From: Alphaproteobacteria bacterium
Lineage (GTDB): Bacteria; Pseudomonadota; Alphaproteobacteria; CACIAM-22H2
Direction of reading: 5' to 3'
Length of the DNA: 64,000 nucleotides
Assembly: GCA_016124335.1 (NCBI GenBank)
Contig: WGNX01000003.1
Coordinates: 6,747 to 70,746 of the forward strand
A model generated the notes under the pieces. It was not told the origin of the DNA. It was given only the letters and a program-made list of their open reading frames with translations, and searched no databases. Below are positions 35,887-46,921 of the stretch, piece after piece. The translations under genes and the position numbers were made by a program. Position 1 is the stretch's first letter, and each line of letters starts with the position of its first letter.

Positions 35887-37079
35887 GCGCCGCCCACGCC
35901 TGCCGCGATGCGCCGCAAGACGGCCATTCCCAGCATCGAAACGAAGATTGCGACCGCACAAAGTGCGACGCCCGCTTGGGGTCCGCCACGTTCGATCGCT
36001 TCGGCGATGGCAAACGGCGCCGTCGCGAAGACGAGATTGAGCGGCAGACCGAGTTTACCCAGCACGCTCGCATACCCCGATCGCCCGAAGACGATAAGCG
36101 GAGCGATCGCGCGTACGATCGTGTTTACCCCGGCACCGAACCCGTAACCGATCACCATCAAGATCAATGTCAGCGCACCGCCGCCGAAGACCAGTGGCAA
36201 AGCAAGGGCGCCAAGGATCGTCAAAAGGCTGAAAAAGCCGAGCCGCAGGATCGGCACGCGATGGCCGAATGTCGCCTCGAGCGCGCGTGCCGCCATCTGC
36301 GCGGGCCCCATTATCGCGCCCACGGCTACACTGACAAATTCCGGCTCGCCATACGCGCGCGAAAGATCGACAAGATGCAGCGGTAGCCCCCATGTGACGA
36401 AGCCCACGCAGGAGAATGCAACGGCCATCGCCCAGAACGCACGCCTGCGTCGAACCGGATCGGCAATCCCGTCATCGGCCGTACTGTCGCCGGAATTCGT
36501 CGTGTCGCGCGCGATGGGGCGTACGTGGATGGCGGCATGGAGCGGAAGGCAGACGAGAGCCTGCACGCCCGCGAAAAGGAAGCAGATGCCGCGCCAGCCG
36601 AGAGGCCCGTCGAGCAATGCCATTGCCGGAAGGAAGGCGAGCGTCGTCAGGCTGCCCACAAGCGTCATCAATCCGATCGCACGCCGCGCCATTCCCGGAA
36701 CGAGCATGGCCGCGGCGGCAAAGGGTGTCTGGATGAGGACCATCGGCATCCCCAGCCCCATGATCGACCAAGCCACGACGAACCCGACCAGGCCGCCGGA
36801 CAGCCCGAGAACGACAAGGCCCACAGCCATGCATGCAGACCCGATCGCCAGGACCAGCCGCGGTCCGTAGCGGTCCACATGCACGCCGACCGACGGGCCA
36901 GTGAATGCGCCCACGATCAACTGGATCGTGACGCCGGAAAAGACGAAGGCCGGGCTCAAGCCAAGATCGCCCGAAATCGGCCCCACCAGCATCGCCGGCA
37001 CGAAATAGGTCGAACCCCACCCTGCGATCTGGGTTGCCGCCAAAGCGAGAACGCCACGGCGGCCGGTAAGCGCGATCAT
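35883..37079 (-). CDS. MFS transporter
   Basis: Inner ATG (MIALTGRRG...) giving an ATGA overlap with the amidase stop; about 12 TM. Confidence 0.85.
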   Translation of the reverse strand: MIALTGRRGVLALAATQIAGWGSTYFVPAMLVGPISGDLGLSPAFVFSGVTIQLIVGAFTGPSVGVHVDRYGPRLVLAIGSACMAVGLVVLGLSGGLVGFVVAWSIMGLGMPMVLIQTPFAAAAMLVPGMARRAIGLMTLVGSLTTLAFLPAMALLDGPLGWRGICFLFAGVQALVCLPLHAAIHVRPIARDTTNSGDSTADDGIADPVRRRRAFWAMAVAFSCVGFVTWGLPLHLVDLSRAYGEPEFVSVAVGAIMGPAQMAARALEATFGHRVPILRLGFFSLLTILGALALPLVFGGGALTLILMVIGYGFGAGVNTIVRAIAPLIVFGRSGYASVLGKLGLPLNLVFATAPFAIAEAIERGGPQAGVALCAVAIFVSMLGMAVLRRIAAGVGGA

Positions 37080-38467
37080 GGCGGCTTCGGCATCGCCCAA
37101 GGCTGTGCGCGTTCCACGGCCCGCGCCGCGCGCATGACCACGCGATCCTCGTAGTAGCGTCCGACCAGCTGGATCGCCATCGGCAGCCCGTTCGAGTGAA
37201 GGCCGGCTGGCACGCTCGCCGCCGGATTGCGCGTCATATTGAACGGGTAGGTAAACGGCGTCCAATCGATCCAGTACGTTTGATCGGGCGACGCCACATC
37301 GTGCCCGGCCGTGAACGCGGTCAACGGCAGTTGCGGCGTCAGCAGAAGGTCATAGCGTCGATGAAATCGCGCCAGCGCTTCGCAGGCACGCATCCGAAGC
37401 GCGTCAGCCGACAGATATTCCTGGGCCGACCAGCGTTCGCCGGCCTCTGTCGTGGCGACAAGTCCGGGATCGCACTCGTGCCATCGCTCGCGCGCAAAGC
37501 CGAGCAGCGGGCGCGCCAGGCTTGCCGTCCAGAGCCGGTAGAACGCCTCGCGCAGATCGCCGAGTTCCGGCTCGGCCGGTTCGACGATTGCACCAAGATC
37601 TGCGAACAGCTTCGCGGCCGACGCGGCCGCCGCAGCGATCTCCGGGTCGACTTGGGCCGTACCGAGCCGTGGCGAAAAGCCGATCCTGAGGCCGGAAACG
37701 CCCTTTTCAAGATCCAGAAGCCACGATCCGTTGTCGGCCGGCAGCGAGAACACATCGCGCGGATCGGGTCGTGCGATCGCCTCCATCATGCGCGCGGCGT
37801 CGTCCACGCTGCGCGCCATCGGGCCGATATGCGCGAGCAGTCCGGCGGGCGACGCCGGATAGGCCGCAACGCGTCCGTAGGTCGGCTTCAGGCCGAATAT
37901 GCCGCAGAACCCGGCCGGCATGCGGATCGAGCCGCCGCCGTCGGTTCCGACATGCAGCGCGCCCATGCCGAGCGCGGCCGCCACGGCGGCACCGGCCGAC
38001 GAGCCGCCGGCTGTCTTCGTCGGGTCCCAGGGATTGCGCGTGATGCCGGTCAACAGTGAATCGCCGATCCCCTTCCAGCCGAATTCCGGTGTCGTCGTCT
38101 TGCCGAGCAGCACGGCGTTCTGCTCGCGCAGGCGGGCAACCGTCGGCGCGTCCTCGACCCACGGCTGGTCGCGCTCGATCAAACGCGAACCGCGAAGCGT
38201 CGGCCAACCTTTGGTCAGCAGCAGGTCCTTGATCGTGGCCGGAACGCCGTCGAGCGTGCCGCTGGGCGTTCCGCGCGCCCAGCGTGCCTCCGACGCCCGC
38301 GCCTCGCCGAGGGCGCGCGCCTCGTCGACCAGGCAGAAGGCATTAAAGACCCCGTCGTGACGCGAAATGCGTTCAAAACAGGCTTTTGCGACCTCGACAG
38401 GCGAAAACGAACGGCGCGCATAGCCGGCGAGCAACTCGGCAACGGAAAGGTCGGCTAGTTCGGGCAT
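37076..38467 (-). CDS. amidase-signature family amidase
   Basis: 463 aa; 'GGSSAGAAVAAALGMGALHVGTDGGGSIRMPA'. Confidence 0.9.
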   Translation of the reverse strand: MPELADLSVAELLAGYARRSFSPVEVAKACFERISRHDGVFNAFCLVDEARALGEARASEARWARGTPSGTLDGVPATIKDLLLTKGWPTLRGSRLIERDQPWVEDAPTVARLREQNAVLLGKTTTPEFGWKGIGDSLLTGITRNPWDPTKTAGGSSAGAAVAAALGMGALHVGTDGGGSIRMPAGFCGIFGLKPTYGRVAAYPASPAGLLAHIGPMARSVDDAARMMEAIARPDPRDVFSLPADNGSWLLDLEKGVSGLRIGFSPRLGTAQVDPEIAAAAASAAKLFADLGAIVEPAEPELGDLREAFYRLWTASLARPLLGFARERWHECDPGLVATTEAGERWSAQEYLSADALRMRACEALARFHRRYDLLLTPQLPLTAFTAGHDVASPDQTYWIDWTPFTYPFNMTRNPAASVPAGLHSNGLPMAIQLVGRYYEDRVVMRAARAVERAQPWAMPKPP

Positions 38468-38545
38468 TTTTCGCTCCCGGCAACGACGCTATGCTGGCAC
38501 GTTGCGGACTTGTCGGAAAGAGCAGGAACGGAGATATCCCGGAAG

Positions 38546-40045
38546 ATGCGCCTCGTCCTTGCGATGCTGAAGCACGAAACGAACACGTTCTCCCCGATCG
38601 TCACCGATATTGCCCGCTTCGAACAATGGGGCTTGCATTTCGGCCCCTCGGTCGTCCCGGCATTCGAAAGCACCGCCATGCCGCTGGCCGCTTATATCCG
38701 CATCGCACGCGAGCGCGGCGCCGATATCGTGACCCCCGTCGCGGCCGAGGCGATGCCCGGCGGCCGGGTCACGCGCGAGGCGTACGAACGGCTCGTGGCG
38801 CCGATTCTCGAGGCGATCGAGAACGGTTGCGACGGCGCACTTCTCGATCTGCATGGTGCCATGGTCTGCGAACATACGGATGATGGCGAAGGAACGTTGC
38901 TGTCGCGCATTCGGGCCATTCGCCCCGGCCTGCCGATCGCCGTCACCTGCGATCTGCACGCCAATCTTTCTGCCGAGATGGTGTCAAACTGCACGGCGCT
39001 GATCGGCTACAAGACGTATCCGCATGTCGACATGTATGCGGTTGCCGACAAGGTCGGCAACATCGTGCTCGACGCAATGGAAGGGAAATGCCGCCCGGTC
39101 GTCGCCTGGGGCCGCTTGCCGTTGATGTCGCAAACGCTCCGGCAGGGCACGGCAGATTCCCCCATGCGCGAGATTCAAGCACTCGCCGCCGCGAGCGAAG
39201 CGCAGGCCCCGATCCTGTGCGCGACCGCCTTCGGCGGCTTTCCGATGGCCGACATTCCGATCGCCGGAAATTCCGCGATCGTCGTGGCCGATGGCGACGG
39301 CGCGGCGGCGCAGGAAGCGGCGCAAGCGCTTCTCGATGCCGCGTGGGCCGCACGGAGCGAATTCATGCACCGCCATGCGCCACTCGCCGCGACGCTTGCC
39401 CGCGCGACGGAGGTGAATGCGGCGCCAGTCGTTCTCCTTGACCATGCCGACAATGTCGGTTCCGGCGGAACGTCCGACGTCATGAAAGTGATCGAGGAAG
39501 TCGCACGTCAGGACCTCGATGGGGTCGCCGTGGCGACGGTCTGGGATCCGGTCAGCGTCACGGCAATGCGCGCCGCAGGCGTCGGCGCGAAGGTGACGCT
39601 GGATCTTGGCGGACGCACGCCCATGCCGTCGATCGGGCTTGAGGGGCGGCCGATGCGCATTTCGGGCACGGTTGCCAGTCTTGCCGAAGGGAAGTGGCGC
39701 GTCGAAGGGCCGATGTATACGGGCGTCCAGGTGAACACCGGGCCGACGGCCGTGCTCGACACAGGCCGGATGAAAATTGTGGTCGTGTCGCTCCATCACG
39801 AACCCTGGGATACCGGGATCTTCACGGCAAACGGCATCGATCCGGCGCGCCAGCACTTCCTGCTGCTCAAATCACGCATCCACTACCGTGCGGGCTTTGC
39901 ACCTCTGGCACGGGCGACGTTCACGCTGGACGGCGACGGCGTGACCACATCCGACAATTCCCGCCTATCCTTTGCGAATGTGAGCCGCCCGGTCTACCCG
40001 CTCGATCCCGGCCCATTTGCGCCCGTCCGCGCCCAAGTCGTTTGA
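38546..40045 (+). CDS. M81-family metallopeptidase (MlrC/microcystinase-C-like)
   Basis: ATG at 38546 (the track start at 38510 is a TTG); 'MLKHETNTFSP', 'LDLHGAMV', 'CDLHANLS'. Confidence 0.85.
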   Translation: MRLVLAMLKHETNTFSPIVTDIARFEQWGLHFGPSVVPAFESTAMPLAAYIRIARERGADIVTPVAAEAMPGGRVTREAYERLVAPILEAIENGCDGALLDLHGAMVCEHTDDGEGTLLSRIRAIRPGLPIAVTCDLHANLSAEMVSNCTALIGYKTYPHVDMYAVADKVGNIVLDAMEGKCRPVVAWGRLPLMSQTLRQGTADSPMREIQALAAASEAQAPILCATAFGGFPMADIPIAGNSAIVVADGDGAAAQEAAQALLDAAWAARSEFMHRHAPLAATLARATEVNAAPVVLLDHADNVGSGGTSDVMKVIEEVARQDLDGVAVATVWDPVSVTAMRAAGVGAKVTLDLGGRTPMPSIGLEGRPMRISGTVASLAEGKWRVEGPMYTGVQVNTGPTAVLDTGRMKIVVVSLHHEPWDTGIFTANGIDPARQHFLLLKSRIHYRAGFAPLARATFTLDGDGVTTSDNSRLSFANVSRPVYPLDPGPFAPVRAQVV

Positions 40046-40136
40046 CCCGGCCGCGATGTATGGCATGATTTTTAGAACCAACCGGCCGATCAACGGCCAA
40101 AGTGCCGGAACATCTCGCAACGGAGGACCGAAAAGC

Positions 40137-41723
40137 ATGACCATCCAGGGCAAACGGCTGCTGGCCGCCTGCGCGGTAGCCGCATTTGGCATCGCCATCG
40201 GGTTCGGGAAACCGGCAGATGCCCAACAAAAGGTTCTGCGCTTCATTCCGCACGCGAACCTTTCATCGATCGATCCGATCACGACGACGGGCTATATCGT
40301 CCGGAACCACGGCTACCTTGTCTACGATACGCTGTTCGCGACCGACGCGAACTTCAAGATCCAGCCGCAGATGGTCGACAAGTGGACGACCAGCCCGGAC
40401 AAGTTGCGCTGGGAATTCACGCTGCGCGACGGGCTCAAGTTCCATGACGGCGCGCCGGTCCGGCCGGCCGACGTGATCGCCTCGGTCAAGCGCTGGTCGG
40501 CACGCGACACGTTCGGCCAGGCGATGGCCGCGACCGTCGACAGCTACGAGGCGATCGGCGACAAGACATTCGCGATCAAGCTCAAGAAGCCCTTCCCGCT
40601 GATGCTCGAAGCGCTGGGCAAGCTGTCGTCGAACGTTCCCTTCATCATGCCCGAGCGCATCGCGAACACGGACCCCGCGCAGAACATCACCGACGCGACC
40701 GGCTCCGGCCCGTTCCGTTTCGTGCGCAGCGAATGGGTTCCCGGCCAGAAGGCCGTCTATGAGCGCTTCGCCGATTACAAGCCGCGCAGCGAGCCGCCAT
40801 CGTGGGCCGCCGGCGGCAAGGTGGTCAAGATCGACCGGCTGGAATTCCGCATCATTCCGGACCCCGCCGTCGCATCGGCCGCACTCGGTGCGGGCGAAGT
40901 CGACTGGTATGAGCAGCCGCCGGTCGACCTGCTTCCGACCATGGCACGCAACAAGGACATCAAGATCGAACTGATCGATCCGCTCGGCTCGATGGCGATG
41001 CTGCGCTTCAACCACCTGCATCCGCCGTTCAACAATCCGGCCGTCCGCCGTGCGGTCATGATGGCCGTGAACCAGAATGACTATCTTCAGGCCATCATCG
41101 GAAACAAGGAATATTACAAGGTCTGCAAGTCTTTCTTCACCTGCGGCACGCCGATGGCATCGGATGTCGGCATCGAAAATGCCGCAGGCGATCTCAACAA
41201 GGCGAAGCAGATGCTGAAGGAATCCGGCTACAAGGGCGAGAAGGTGGTCATCATCTCGCCCACGGATATCCCGACGAACCATCTTCAGAGCCTCGTGACC
41301 GAAGACCTGCTCAAGAAGCTCGGCATGAACGTCGAACTCGTCGCGACGGATTGGGGGTCGGTACTGGCAAGACGGGCCAGCAAGAACCCGCCAGATCAGG
41401 GCGGCTGGTCGATCTTCCATACGTGGTGGGTCGGACCGGACGTCGTCAATCCGGCCCTGCACGCCCCGCTGCGCGGCAACGGTGCTGCTTCATGGCCCGG
41501 CTGGCCGACCGACGCGACGATGGAAGCGCTGCGCGAGAAATGGCTTGTCGCTCCGACGCCGGCCGAGCAGGTTTCGATCGCCAAGGAGATGCAGGCCCGC
41601 GCCTATGAAATGGTGCCCTACGTCACGACCGGCCAGTTCCAGCAGCCGACTGCTTTCCGCACGAGCATCAGCGGCATCATCGTCTCGCCGGTTCCGTTCT
41701 TCTGGAACGTCGAGAAGCGCTGA
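40137..41723 (+). CDS. ABC peptide/opine-type substrate-binding protein (family 5)
   Basis: Inner ATG with signal peptide 'MTIQGKRLLAACAVAAFGIAIGFGKPADA'; 528 aa. Confidence 0.88.
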   Translation: MTIQGKRLLAACAVAAFGIAIGFGKPADAQQKVLRFIPHANLSSIDPITTTGYIVRNHGYLVYDTLFATDANFKIQPQMVDKWTTSPDKLRWEFTLRDGLKFHDGAPVRPADVIASVKRWSARDTFGQAMAATVDSYEAIGDKTFAIKLKKPFPLMLEALGKLSSNVPFIMPERIANTDPAQNITDATGSGPFRFVRSEWVPGQKAVYERFADYKPRSEPPSWAAGGKVVKIDRLEFRIIPDPAVASAALGAGEVDWYEQPPVDLLPTMARNKDIKIELIDPLGSMAMLRFNHLHPPFNNPAVRRAVMMAVNQNDYLQAIIGNKEYYKVCKSFFTCGTPMASDVGIENAAGDLNKAKQMLKESGYKGEKVVIISPTDIPTNHLQSLVTEDLLKKLGMNVELVATDWGSVLARRASKNPPDQGGWSIFHTWWVGPDVVNPALHAPLRGNGAASWPGWPTDATMEALREKWLVAPTPAEQVSIAKEMQARAYEMVPYVTTGQFQQPTAFRTSISGIIVSPVPFFWNVEKR

Positions 41724-41756
41724 CAGGGCGCGGCGGCCGACGAAAGCGGGTCCGGC

Positions 41757-42698
41757 TTGTTCGCGTTCGTCGTCCGGCGGATCCTGGCCACCATCCCCGT
41801 CATGGGGGTGGTGGCCTTTCTCGTCTTTTCGCTTCTCTATCTGGCCCCCGGCGATCCGGCGGCCATCATCGCCGGCGACATTGCCACGGCCGACGACGTC
41901 GCGCGCATCCGGACGGTGCTTGGCCTCGACGAGCCTTTCCATGTCCGCTTCGGCACGTGGCTGTGGGCGGTCCTCCACGGCGATCTGGGCAGTTCGATAT
42001 TCTCGAACCTGCCTGTGAGCACGCTGATCGGGCAACGCGTCGAGGCGACCGTCTCGCTGGCGATCACGACCTTGATCTTCGCCGTAGCCGTGGCCGTGCC
42101 TCTGGGGGTCGTTGCCGCGTGGAAAGCCGGCAGCCTGATCGACCGTGCCGTGATGGTCTTCGCCGTATTCGGGTTCTCGGTTCCCGTTTTCGTATTGGGG
42201 TATCTGCTGATCTTCGGATTTTCGATCTCGCTGGACTGGCTGCCCGTACAGGGCTTCGTTTCGATTCGCGAGGGGTTCTGGCCGTTCCTGCGCCAGCTGA
42301 TCCTGCCCACTGTGGCGCTCGGCACGGTCTATATCGCGCTCATCGCGCGCATGACGCGCGCTGCCATGCTCGATGTCCTGAGCCAGGACTATATCCGCAC
42401 GGCCGACGCAAAGGGCCTGCGCGCCGACCGCGTCCTCATCGGCCATGCCCTTCGCAATGCGGCCGTGCCCATTGTCACCGTCATCGGCATCGGCGTGGCA
42501 CTGCTGATCGGTGGCGTGGTCGTGACCGAGAGCGTTTTTGCCATTCCTGGCCTTGGCCGGATGACGGTCGATGCGATCCTGCGGCGCGACTATCCGGTCA
42601 TCCAGGGCGTGATCCTCATGTTCTCGTTCGTCTATGTCATCATCAACCTGCTCGTGGATCTCAGCTACACGCTGTTCGATCCGCGCATCCGGTATTGA
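41757..42698 (+). CDS. ABC transporter permease (DppB/OppB-like)
   Basis: 313 aa; TTG start; 'FAFVVRRILATIP'. Confidence 0.88.
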   Translation: MFAFVVRRILATIPVMGVVAFLVFSLLYLAPGDPAAIIAGDIATADDVARIRTVLGLDEPFHVRFGTWLWAVLHGDLGSSIFSNLPVSTLIGQRVEATVSLAITTLIFAVAVAVPLGVVAAWKAGSLIDRAVMVFAVFGFSVPVFVLGYLLIFGFSISLDWLPVQGFVSIREGFWPFLRQLILPTVALGTVYIALIARMTRAAMLDVLSQDYIRTADAKGLRADRVLIGHALRNAAVPIVTVIGIGVALLIGGVVVTESVFAIPGLGRMTVDAILRRDYPVIQGVILMFSFVYVIINLLVDLSYTLFDPRIRY

Positions 42699-42705
42699 GC
42701 CGCAT

Positions 42706-43581
42706 ATGGCGCTGACCGTATTCGCACCCGCGCCCGACGCCGCCCTTGCGAACCGTCGCAGGCCGTGGTGGGTGCGCAACCTGCCGATCGTGCTTGGCGG
42801 CGCATTGTTGCTCGCGGCGCTGCTTGTCGCGTTGCTGGCGCCGTGGCTTGGCACGATCGACCCGACCGCCCTGTCGCCCATCCGGCGGCTGCGACCGCCT
42901 TCCGAACAGTTCTGGTTCGGGACGGACCAGCTCGGGCGCGATCTCTACAGCCGCGTGATCTACGGCGCGCGGGCATCGCTTTTCGTCGGGTTCGCGGTTG
43001 CCGTCTTTGCCGTCCTGTCCGGTCTGTTTTTCGGGCTCGTATCCGGCTTCAATCGCATTTTCGATGCCGTGCTGATGCGCGTGATGGACGGGTTGATGTC
43101 GATCCCGTCGGTCCTGCTGGCCATCGCCCTGATGGCGCTGACCAGGGCAAGCCTTGGAAATGTCATCGTGGCGATTGCCGTGGCGGAGGTGCCGCGGGTC
43201 ACGCGGCTCGTGCGGAGCGTCGTGCTCGGCCTGCGCGAGCAACCCTTCATCGAAGCCGCCATCGCGTCGGGAACGTCGGCACCGCGCATCCTTTTGCGGC
43301 ACGTCCTGCCGAACACGATCGCGCCGCTGCTGGTGCAGGCGACCTATATCTGCGCTTCGGCGATCATAACCGAAGCGATCCTGTCGTTTATCGGCGCAGG
43401 TCTGCCACCCTCGATTCCGACCTGGGGCAACATCATCGCGGATGGCCGCGCCGTCTTCCAGATCCGGCCGCAGCTCATCCTCATCCCCGCCGCTTTCCTA
43501 TCCGTGACGGTGCTGGCGATCAATCTTCTCGGCGACGGGTTGCGCGATGCGCTCGACCCGCGGCTCGCGCGCCAGATGTGA
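42706..43581 (+). CDS. ABC transporter permease (DppC/OppC-like)
   Basis: Inner ATG ([10 protein letters not shown]...), 291 aa. Confidence 0.88.
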   Translation: MALTVFAPAPDAALANRRRPWWVRNLPIVLGGALLLAALLVALLAPWLGTIDPTALSPIRRLRPPSEQFWFGTDQLGRDLYSRVIYGARASLFVGFAVAVFAVLSGLFFGLVSGFNRIFDAVLMRVMDGLMSIPSVLLAIALMALTRASLGNVIVAIAVAEVPRVTRLVRSVVLGLREQPFIEAAIASGTSAPRILLRHVLPNTIAPLLVQATYICASAIITEAILSFIGAGLPPSIPTWGNIIADGRAVFQIRPQLILIPAAFLSVTVLAINLLGDGLRDALDPRLARQM

Positions 43582-43585
43582 AGCG

Positions 43586-44590
43586 ATGACGGACACGCCC
43601 CTCCTCCAGATCGATGACCTTCGGACGTATTTCTTCACGGCCGACGGCGTGGTGCGGGCCGTCGACGGCGTTTCATGCTCGGTCCGTTCCGGGGAAACAC
43701 TGGCAATCGTGGGAGAAAGCGGCTGCGGCAAGTCCGTCACGGCGATGTCGATCCTGCGCCTGCTGCCCTCGCCGCCAGCACGTATCGTGTCGGGTGCCGT
43801 GCGTTTTCAGGGCCGAGATCTTCTCGATTTTGACGACGCGGAAATGCGCAAGATCCGCGGCAACGAGATCTCGATGATCTTTCAGGAACCCATGACAAGC
43901 CTCAATCCGGTACTGACGATCGGTCGTCAGATCGCCGAGACGATCGAACTCCATCAAGGGTGGACCGCTGCCGCGGCGCGGCAGCGTGCAATCGAGATGC
44001 TTGACCTCGTCCGGATACCCGAGGCCGCGCGGCGTGCGGACGCCTATCCACACCAGCTTTCCGGCGGTATGCGGCAGCGCGTGATGATCGCAATGGCCCT
44101 GGCATGCAATCCGAAGCTCCTGATTGCCGACGAACCGACCACGGCGCTGGACGTGACGATTCAGGCCCAGATCCTCGAACTGATGGCCGACCTCAAGCGC
44201 AAGATCGGCGCCGCGATCATCCTGATCACGCATGATCTTGGCGTCGTCGCCGAAACCGCGCAGCGCGTCGTCGTCATGTATGCGGGCCGGAAGGTCGAGG
44301 AAGCGCCCGTCGAAGTCCTGTTTGACCGGCCGCGGCATCCTTACACGTTGGGTCTTATGGGATCGATTCCGCGCCTTGGTTCCGCGGCGGCCGAATCCCG
44401 CGCGCGGCTCGTCGAAATTCCGGGCATCGTGCCGAAGCTGACACAGACCATTGCCGGCTGCGCATTTGCCGACCGATGCGGCTATGCCGTCGACCGTTGC
44501 CGTATCGAAGCACCGCCGCTCGAAAGCAAGGCGCCGGACCATGTTGCCGCCTGCTGGCGCAGCGACGATCTGCCGGAGCCACCGCGATGA
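43586..44590 (+). CDS. ABC transporter ATP-binding protein (DppD/OppD-like)
   Basis: '[13 protein letters not shown]', '[15 protein letters not shown]'. Confidence 0.9.
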   Translation: MTDTPLLQIDDLRTYFFTADGVVRAVDGVSCSVRSGETLAIVGESGCGKSVTAMSILRLLPSPPARIVSGAVRFQGRDLLDFDDAEMRKIRGNEISMIFQEPMTSLNPVLTIGRQIAETIELHQGWTAAAARQRAIEMLDLVRIPEAARRADAYPHQLSGGMRQRVMIAMALACNPKLLIADEPTTALDVTIQAQILELMADLKRKIGAAIILITHDLGVVAETAQRVVVMYAGRKVEEAPVEVLFDRPRHPYTLGLMGSIPRLGSAAAESRARLVEIPGIVPKLTQTIAGCAFADRCGYAVDRCRIEAPPLESKAPDHVAACWRSDDLPEPPR

Positions 44591-45567
44591 GCGGGCCGCT
44601 GCTGCAAGTCATCGATCTGGTAAAGCATTTCCCGGTACGCGGCGGAATCTTCGGCCGCACCCGCGAATTCGTCCGGGCCGTCGACGGAATTTCGCTGCAC
44701 GTCGCGGCGGGCGAGACATTGGGGCTCGTCGGCGAGTCCGGTTGCGGGAAGTCGACGGCCGGCAAGACGATCCTGCGTCTCCTCGATCCGACATCCGGCA
44801 CGATCCGGCTCATGGGGAAGCGCATCGATACGCTCGATCGCAGGGAAATGTGGCCCCACCGACGCGACATGCAGGTCGTTTTCCAGGATCCCTACGCGTC
44901 CTTGAGCCCGCGCCTTACCGCGGGCGAGATCGTTGCCGAGCCGCTGCGGAACTACGCGATTGCGACGGGCTCTGACGCGCAGGATCGCGTTGCCTGGCTG
45001 TTCGGCAAGGTCGGCCTGCGGCCCGAGCAGATGGCGCGCTATCCGCACGAATTTTCGGGCGGGCAGCGCCAGCGGCTGGGTATCGCGCGCGCGCTTGCAC
45101 TCCGACCCAAGATCATCGTCGCCGACGAGCCCGTCTCGGCGCTCGACGTTTCCGTTCAGGCGCAGGTCGTCAATCTGCTGATGGACCTGCAGGCGGAGTT
45201 CGGCGTGTCGTACCTGTTCGTCGCGCACGACCTTGCCGTGGTCGAACATATCAGCCACCGCATCGCGGTCATGTATCTGGGCAAGATCGTCGAAATGGCC
45301 GACCGCCGAGCGATTTTCATCACGCCACAGCATCCCTATACCGAAGCGCTGCTGTCGGCCGCTCCGCAGCCCGACCCGCGGCGCAAGCGGTCGCGGATCA
45401 TTCTGGCGGGCGATGTGCCTTCCCCGATAAACCCGCCATCCGGCTGCCGCTTCCACACGCGCTGCCCCTACGCCGAAGCACGATGCCGCGTAGAAGAGCC
45501 GCCATTGAAGGAAGTGGCAAAGGGCCACGTCGTCGCCTGCCATCTTCGCCAGCCGGCATCTGGCTAA
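44587..45567 (+). CDS. ABC transporter ATP-binding protein (DppF/OppF-like)
   Basis: ATGA overlap; '[12 protein letters not shown]', '[15 protein letters not shown]'. Confidence 0.9.
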   Translation: MSGPLLQVIDLVKHFPVRGGIFGRTREFVRAVDGISLHVAAGETLGLVGESGCGKSTAGKTILRLLDPTSGTIRLMGKRIDTLDRREMWPHRRDMQVVFQDPYASLSPRLTAGEIVAEPLRNYAIATGSDAQDRVAWLFGKVGLRPEQMARYPHEFSGGQRQRLGIARALALRPKIIVADEPVSALDVSVQAQVVNLLMDLQAEFGVSYLFVAHDLAVVEHISHRIAVMYLGKIVEMADRRAIFITPQHPYTEALLSAAPQPDPRRKRSRIILAGDVPSPINPPSGCRFHTRCPYAEARCRVEEPPLKEVAKGHVVACHLRQPASG

Positions 45568-45573
45568 GCCGGT

Positions 45574-46872
45574 TCAGGCAGTCAGGAGCGTTTCAAGCCG
45601 TGCCGCATGCGCGACGAGCGAATCGTCCTCGTTGTGCGGTCCGACAAGCTGGATGGCGAGCGGCAGCCCCCTGTCGTTACGCCCGGCCGGCAAGGCGATG
45701 CAGGGGTTTCCAAGAAGCGTCCACATCCGGTTGAAGACGGGGTCACCCGTGCGCTCCAGACCGCGCGGTGCCGCACCGGGTGCCGCCGGCGCCAGGATCA
45801 GATCGCTGTCGCGCCAGACCTGCGCCAGCCTGTTGCGGCAGCGTGTCGCGAGCGCGCGTGCTGCCGTCTCGTCGCGAATGCCGATCTTCTCGCCGTCGGC
45901 AAGCATTTCGCGCAGGCGCGACGACAGAAGTTTCTCGTGATCGGCGCGTTCGCGCGCAAGTGCCGCCGCGGCTTCGCGCATCATGATGGTCAGCTGTGCG
46001 TCGTTGAGGGCGTCCCAGGTTTCGTCGGGGTCGAAATCGACGATTTCCGCATGCCCGCGCATTTTCTCGACAACATCTTCGAAGAGGCCGTGCATGTCGG
46101 CATCGGCCTCTGTCCAATATGGCGTGCGACAGACCGCGACACGCAGCGGTCGGTCCGACAGTCCGCCGGGCTTCGCCTGCGGCTTGCCGACAAACGCCTG
46201 ACGGACGAGCGCCAGATCCGCAACGCTGCGACAAAGGACGCCGAGCGTGTCGAGGGCCGGCGAAAGCGGTTTGACACCGGCCATATCCGCCCAGCCATAC
46301 GTGCCCTTGTAGCCAACGACACCACAATAGGCCGCCGGACGGATGACTGAGCCGGCCGTCTGCGTGCCAAGCGCGATCGGAACATGGAAATCGGCGACGG
46401 CGGCGGCCGAGCCAGACGACGAACCGCCCGGCGTGTAACCGCGCATATGCGGATTGTGGGTCGGCCCCGGCGCGAAATACGCGAATTCCGTCGTCACCGT
46501 CTTGCCGAGAATGATCGCGCCCGCTGCGGTCAGCTTTCGTACGCACGCCGCGTCGGCCTTCGGGCGGTTCCCCGCGTAAATCGGCGATCCATAGGCCGTG
46601 GGCATTCCGGCCGTGTCGATGACGTCCTTGACCGCGACAGGAATGCCATGCAGCGGTTGTGAACGCCCGAGCCGGTCAAGCGCTTCCGCTCGCCGCAAAC
46701 TTTCCTGACGCTCGACATGTGTCCAGGCGTGGATTTCCTTTTCACGATCGCCAATACGCTCAAGACACGCCCGGACAAGGCCGAGACTGTCGAGACGCCC
46801 TGAAACTATTGCGGTCTTCGCCTCGCTTGCGCTCAGACGCTCGGGATTGGGCAGTTTCGTCGGGCGGACCAT
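45574..46872 (-). CDS. amidase-signature family amidase
   Basis: 432 aa; 'GGSSSGSAAAVADFHVPIALGTQTAGSVIRPA'; lies 49 nt downstream of phoB on the same strand. Confidence 0.9.
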   Translation of the reverse strand: MVRPTKLPNPERLSASEAKTAIVSGRLDSLGLVRACLERIGDREKEIHAWTHVERQESLRRAEALDRLGRSQPLHGIPVAVKDVIDTAGMPTAYGSPIYAGNRPKADAACVRKLTAAGAIILGKTVTTEFAYFAPGPTHNPHMRGYTPGGSSSGSAAAVADFHVPIALGTQTAGSVIRPAAYCGVVGYKGTYGWADMAGVKPLSPALDTLGVLCRSVADLALVRQAFVGKPQAKPGGLSDRPLRVAVCRTPYWTEADADMHGLFEDVVEKMRGHAEIVDFDPDETWDALNDAQLTIMMREAAAALARERADHEKLLSSRLREMLADGEKIGIRDETAARALATRCRNRLAQVWRDSDLILAPAAPGAAPRGLERTGDPVFNRMWTLLGNPCIALPAGRNDRGLPLAIQLVGPHNEDDSLVAHAARLETLLTA

Positions 46873-46921
46873 CTCGACAACATTTTAACCGCCCATCCGT
46901 TCAGCGCCAGAAAATTGAACA

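Noticed and set aside
38495-38505. TGGCAC-G-TTGC, which looks like sigma-54 -24 and -12 elements, in the amidase/M81 divergent region.
   Set aside because: The spacing between the elements is 1 nt instead of 5, and no GC dinucleotide lies at the correct -12 distance.
40061-40076. TGGCAT-GATTT-TTAG sigma-54-like sequence upstream of the Dpp-type SBP.
   Set aside because: The invariant -12 GC is missing (TTAG instead of TTGC).
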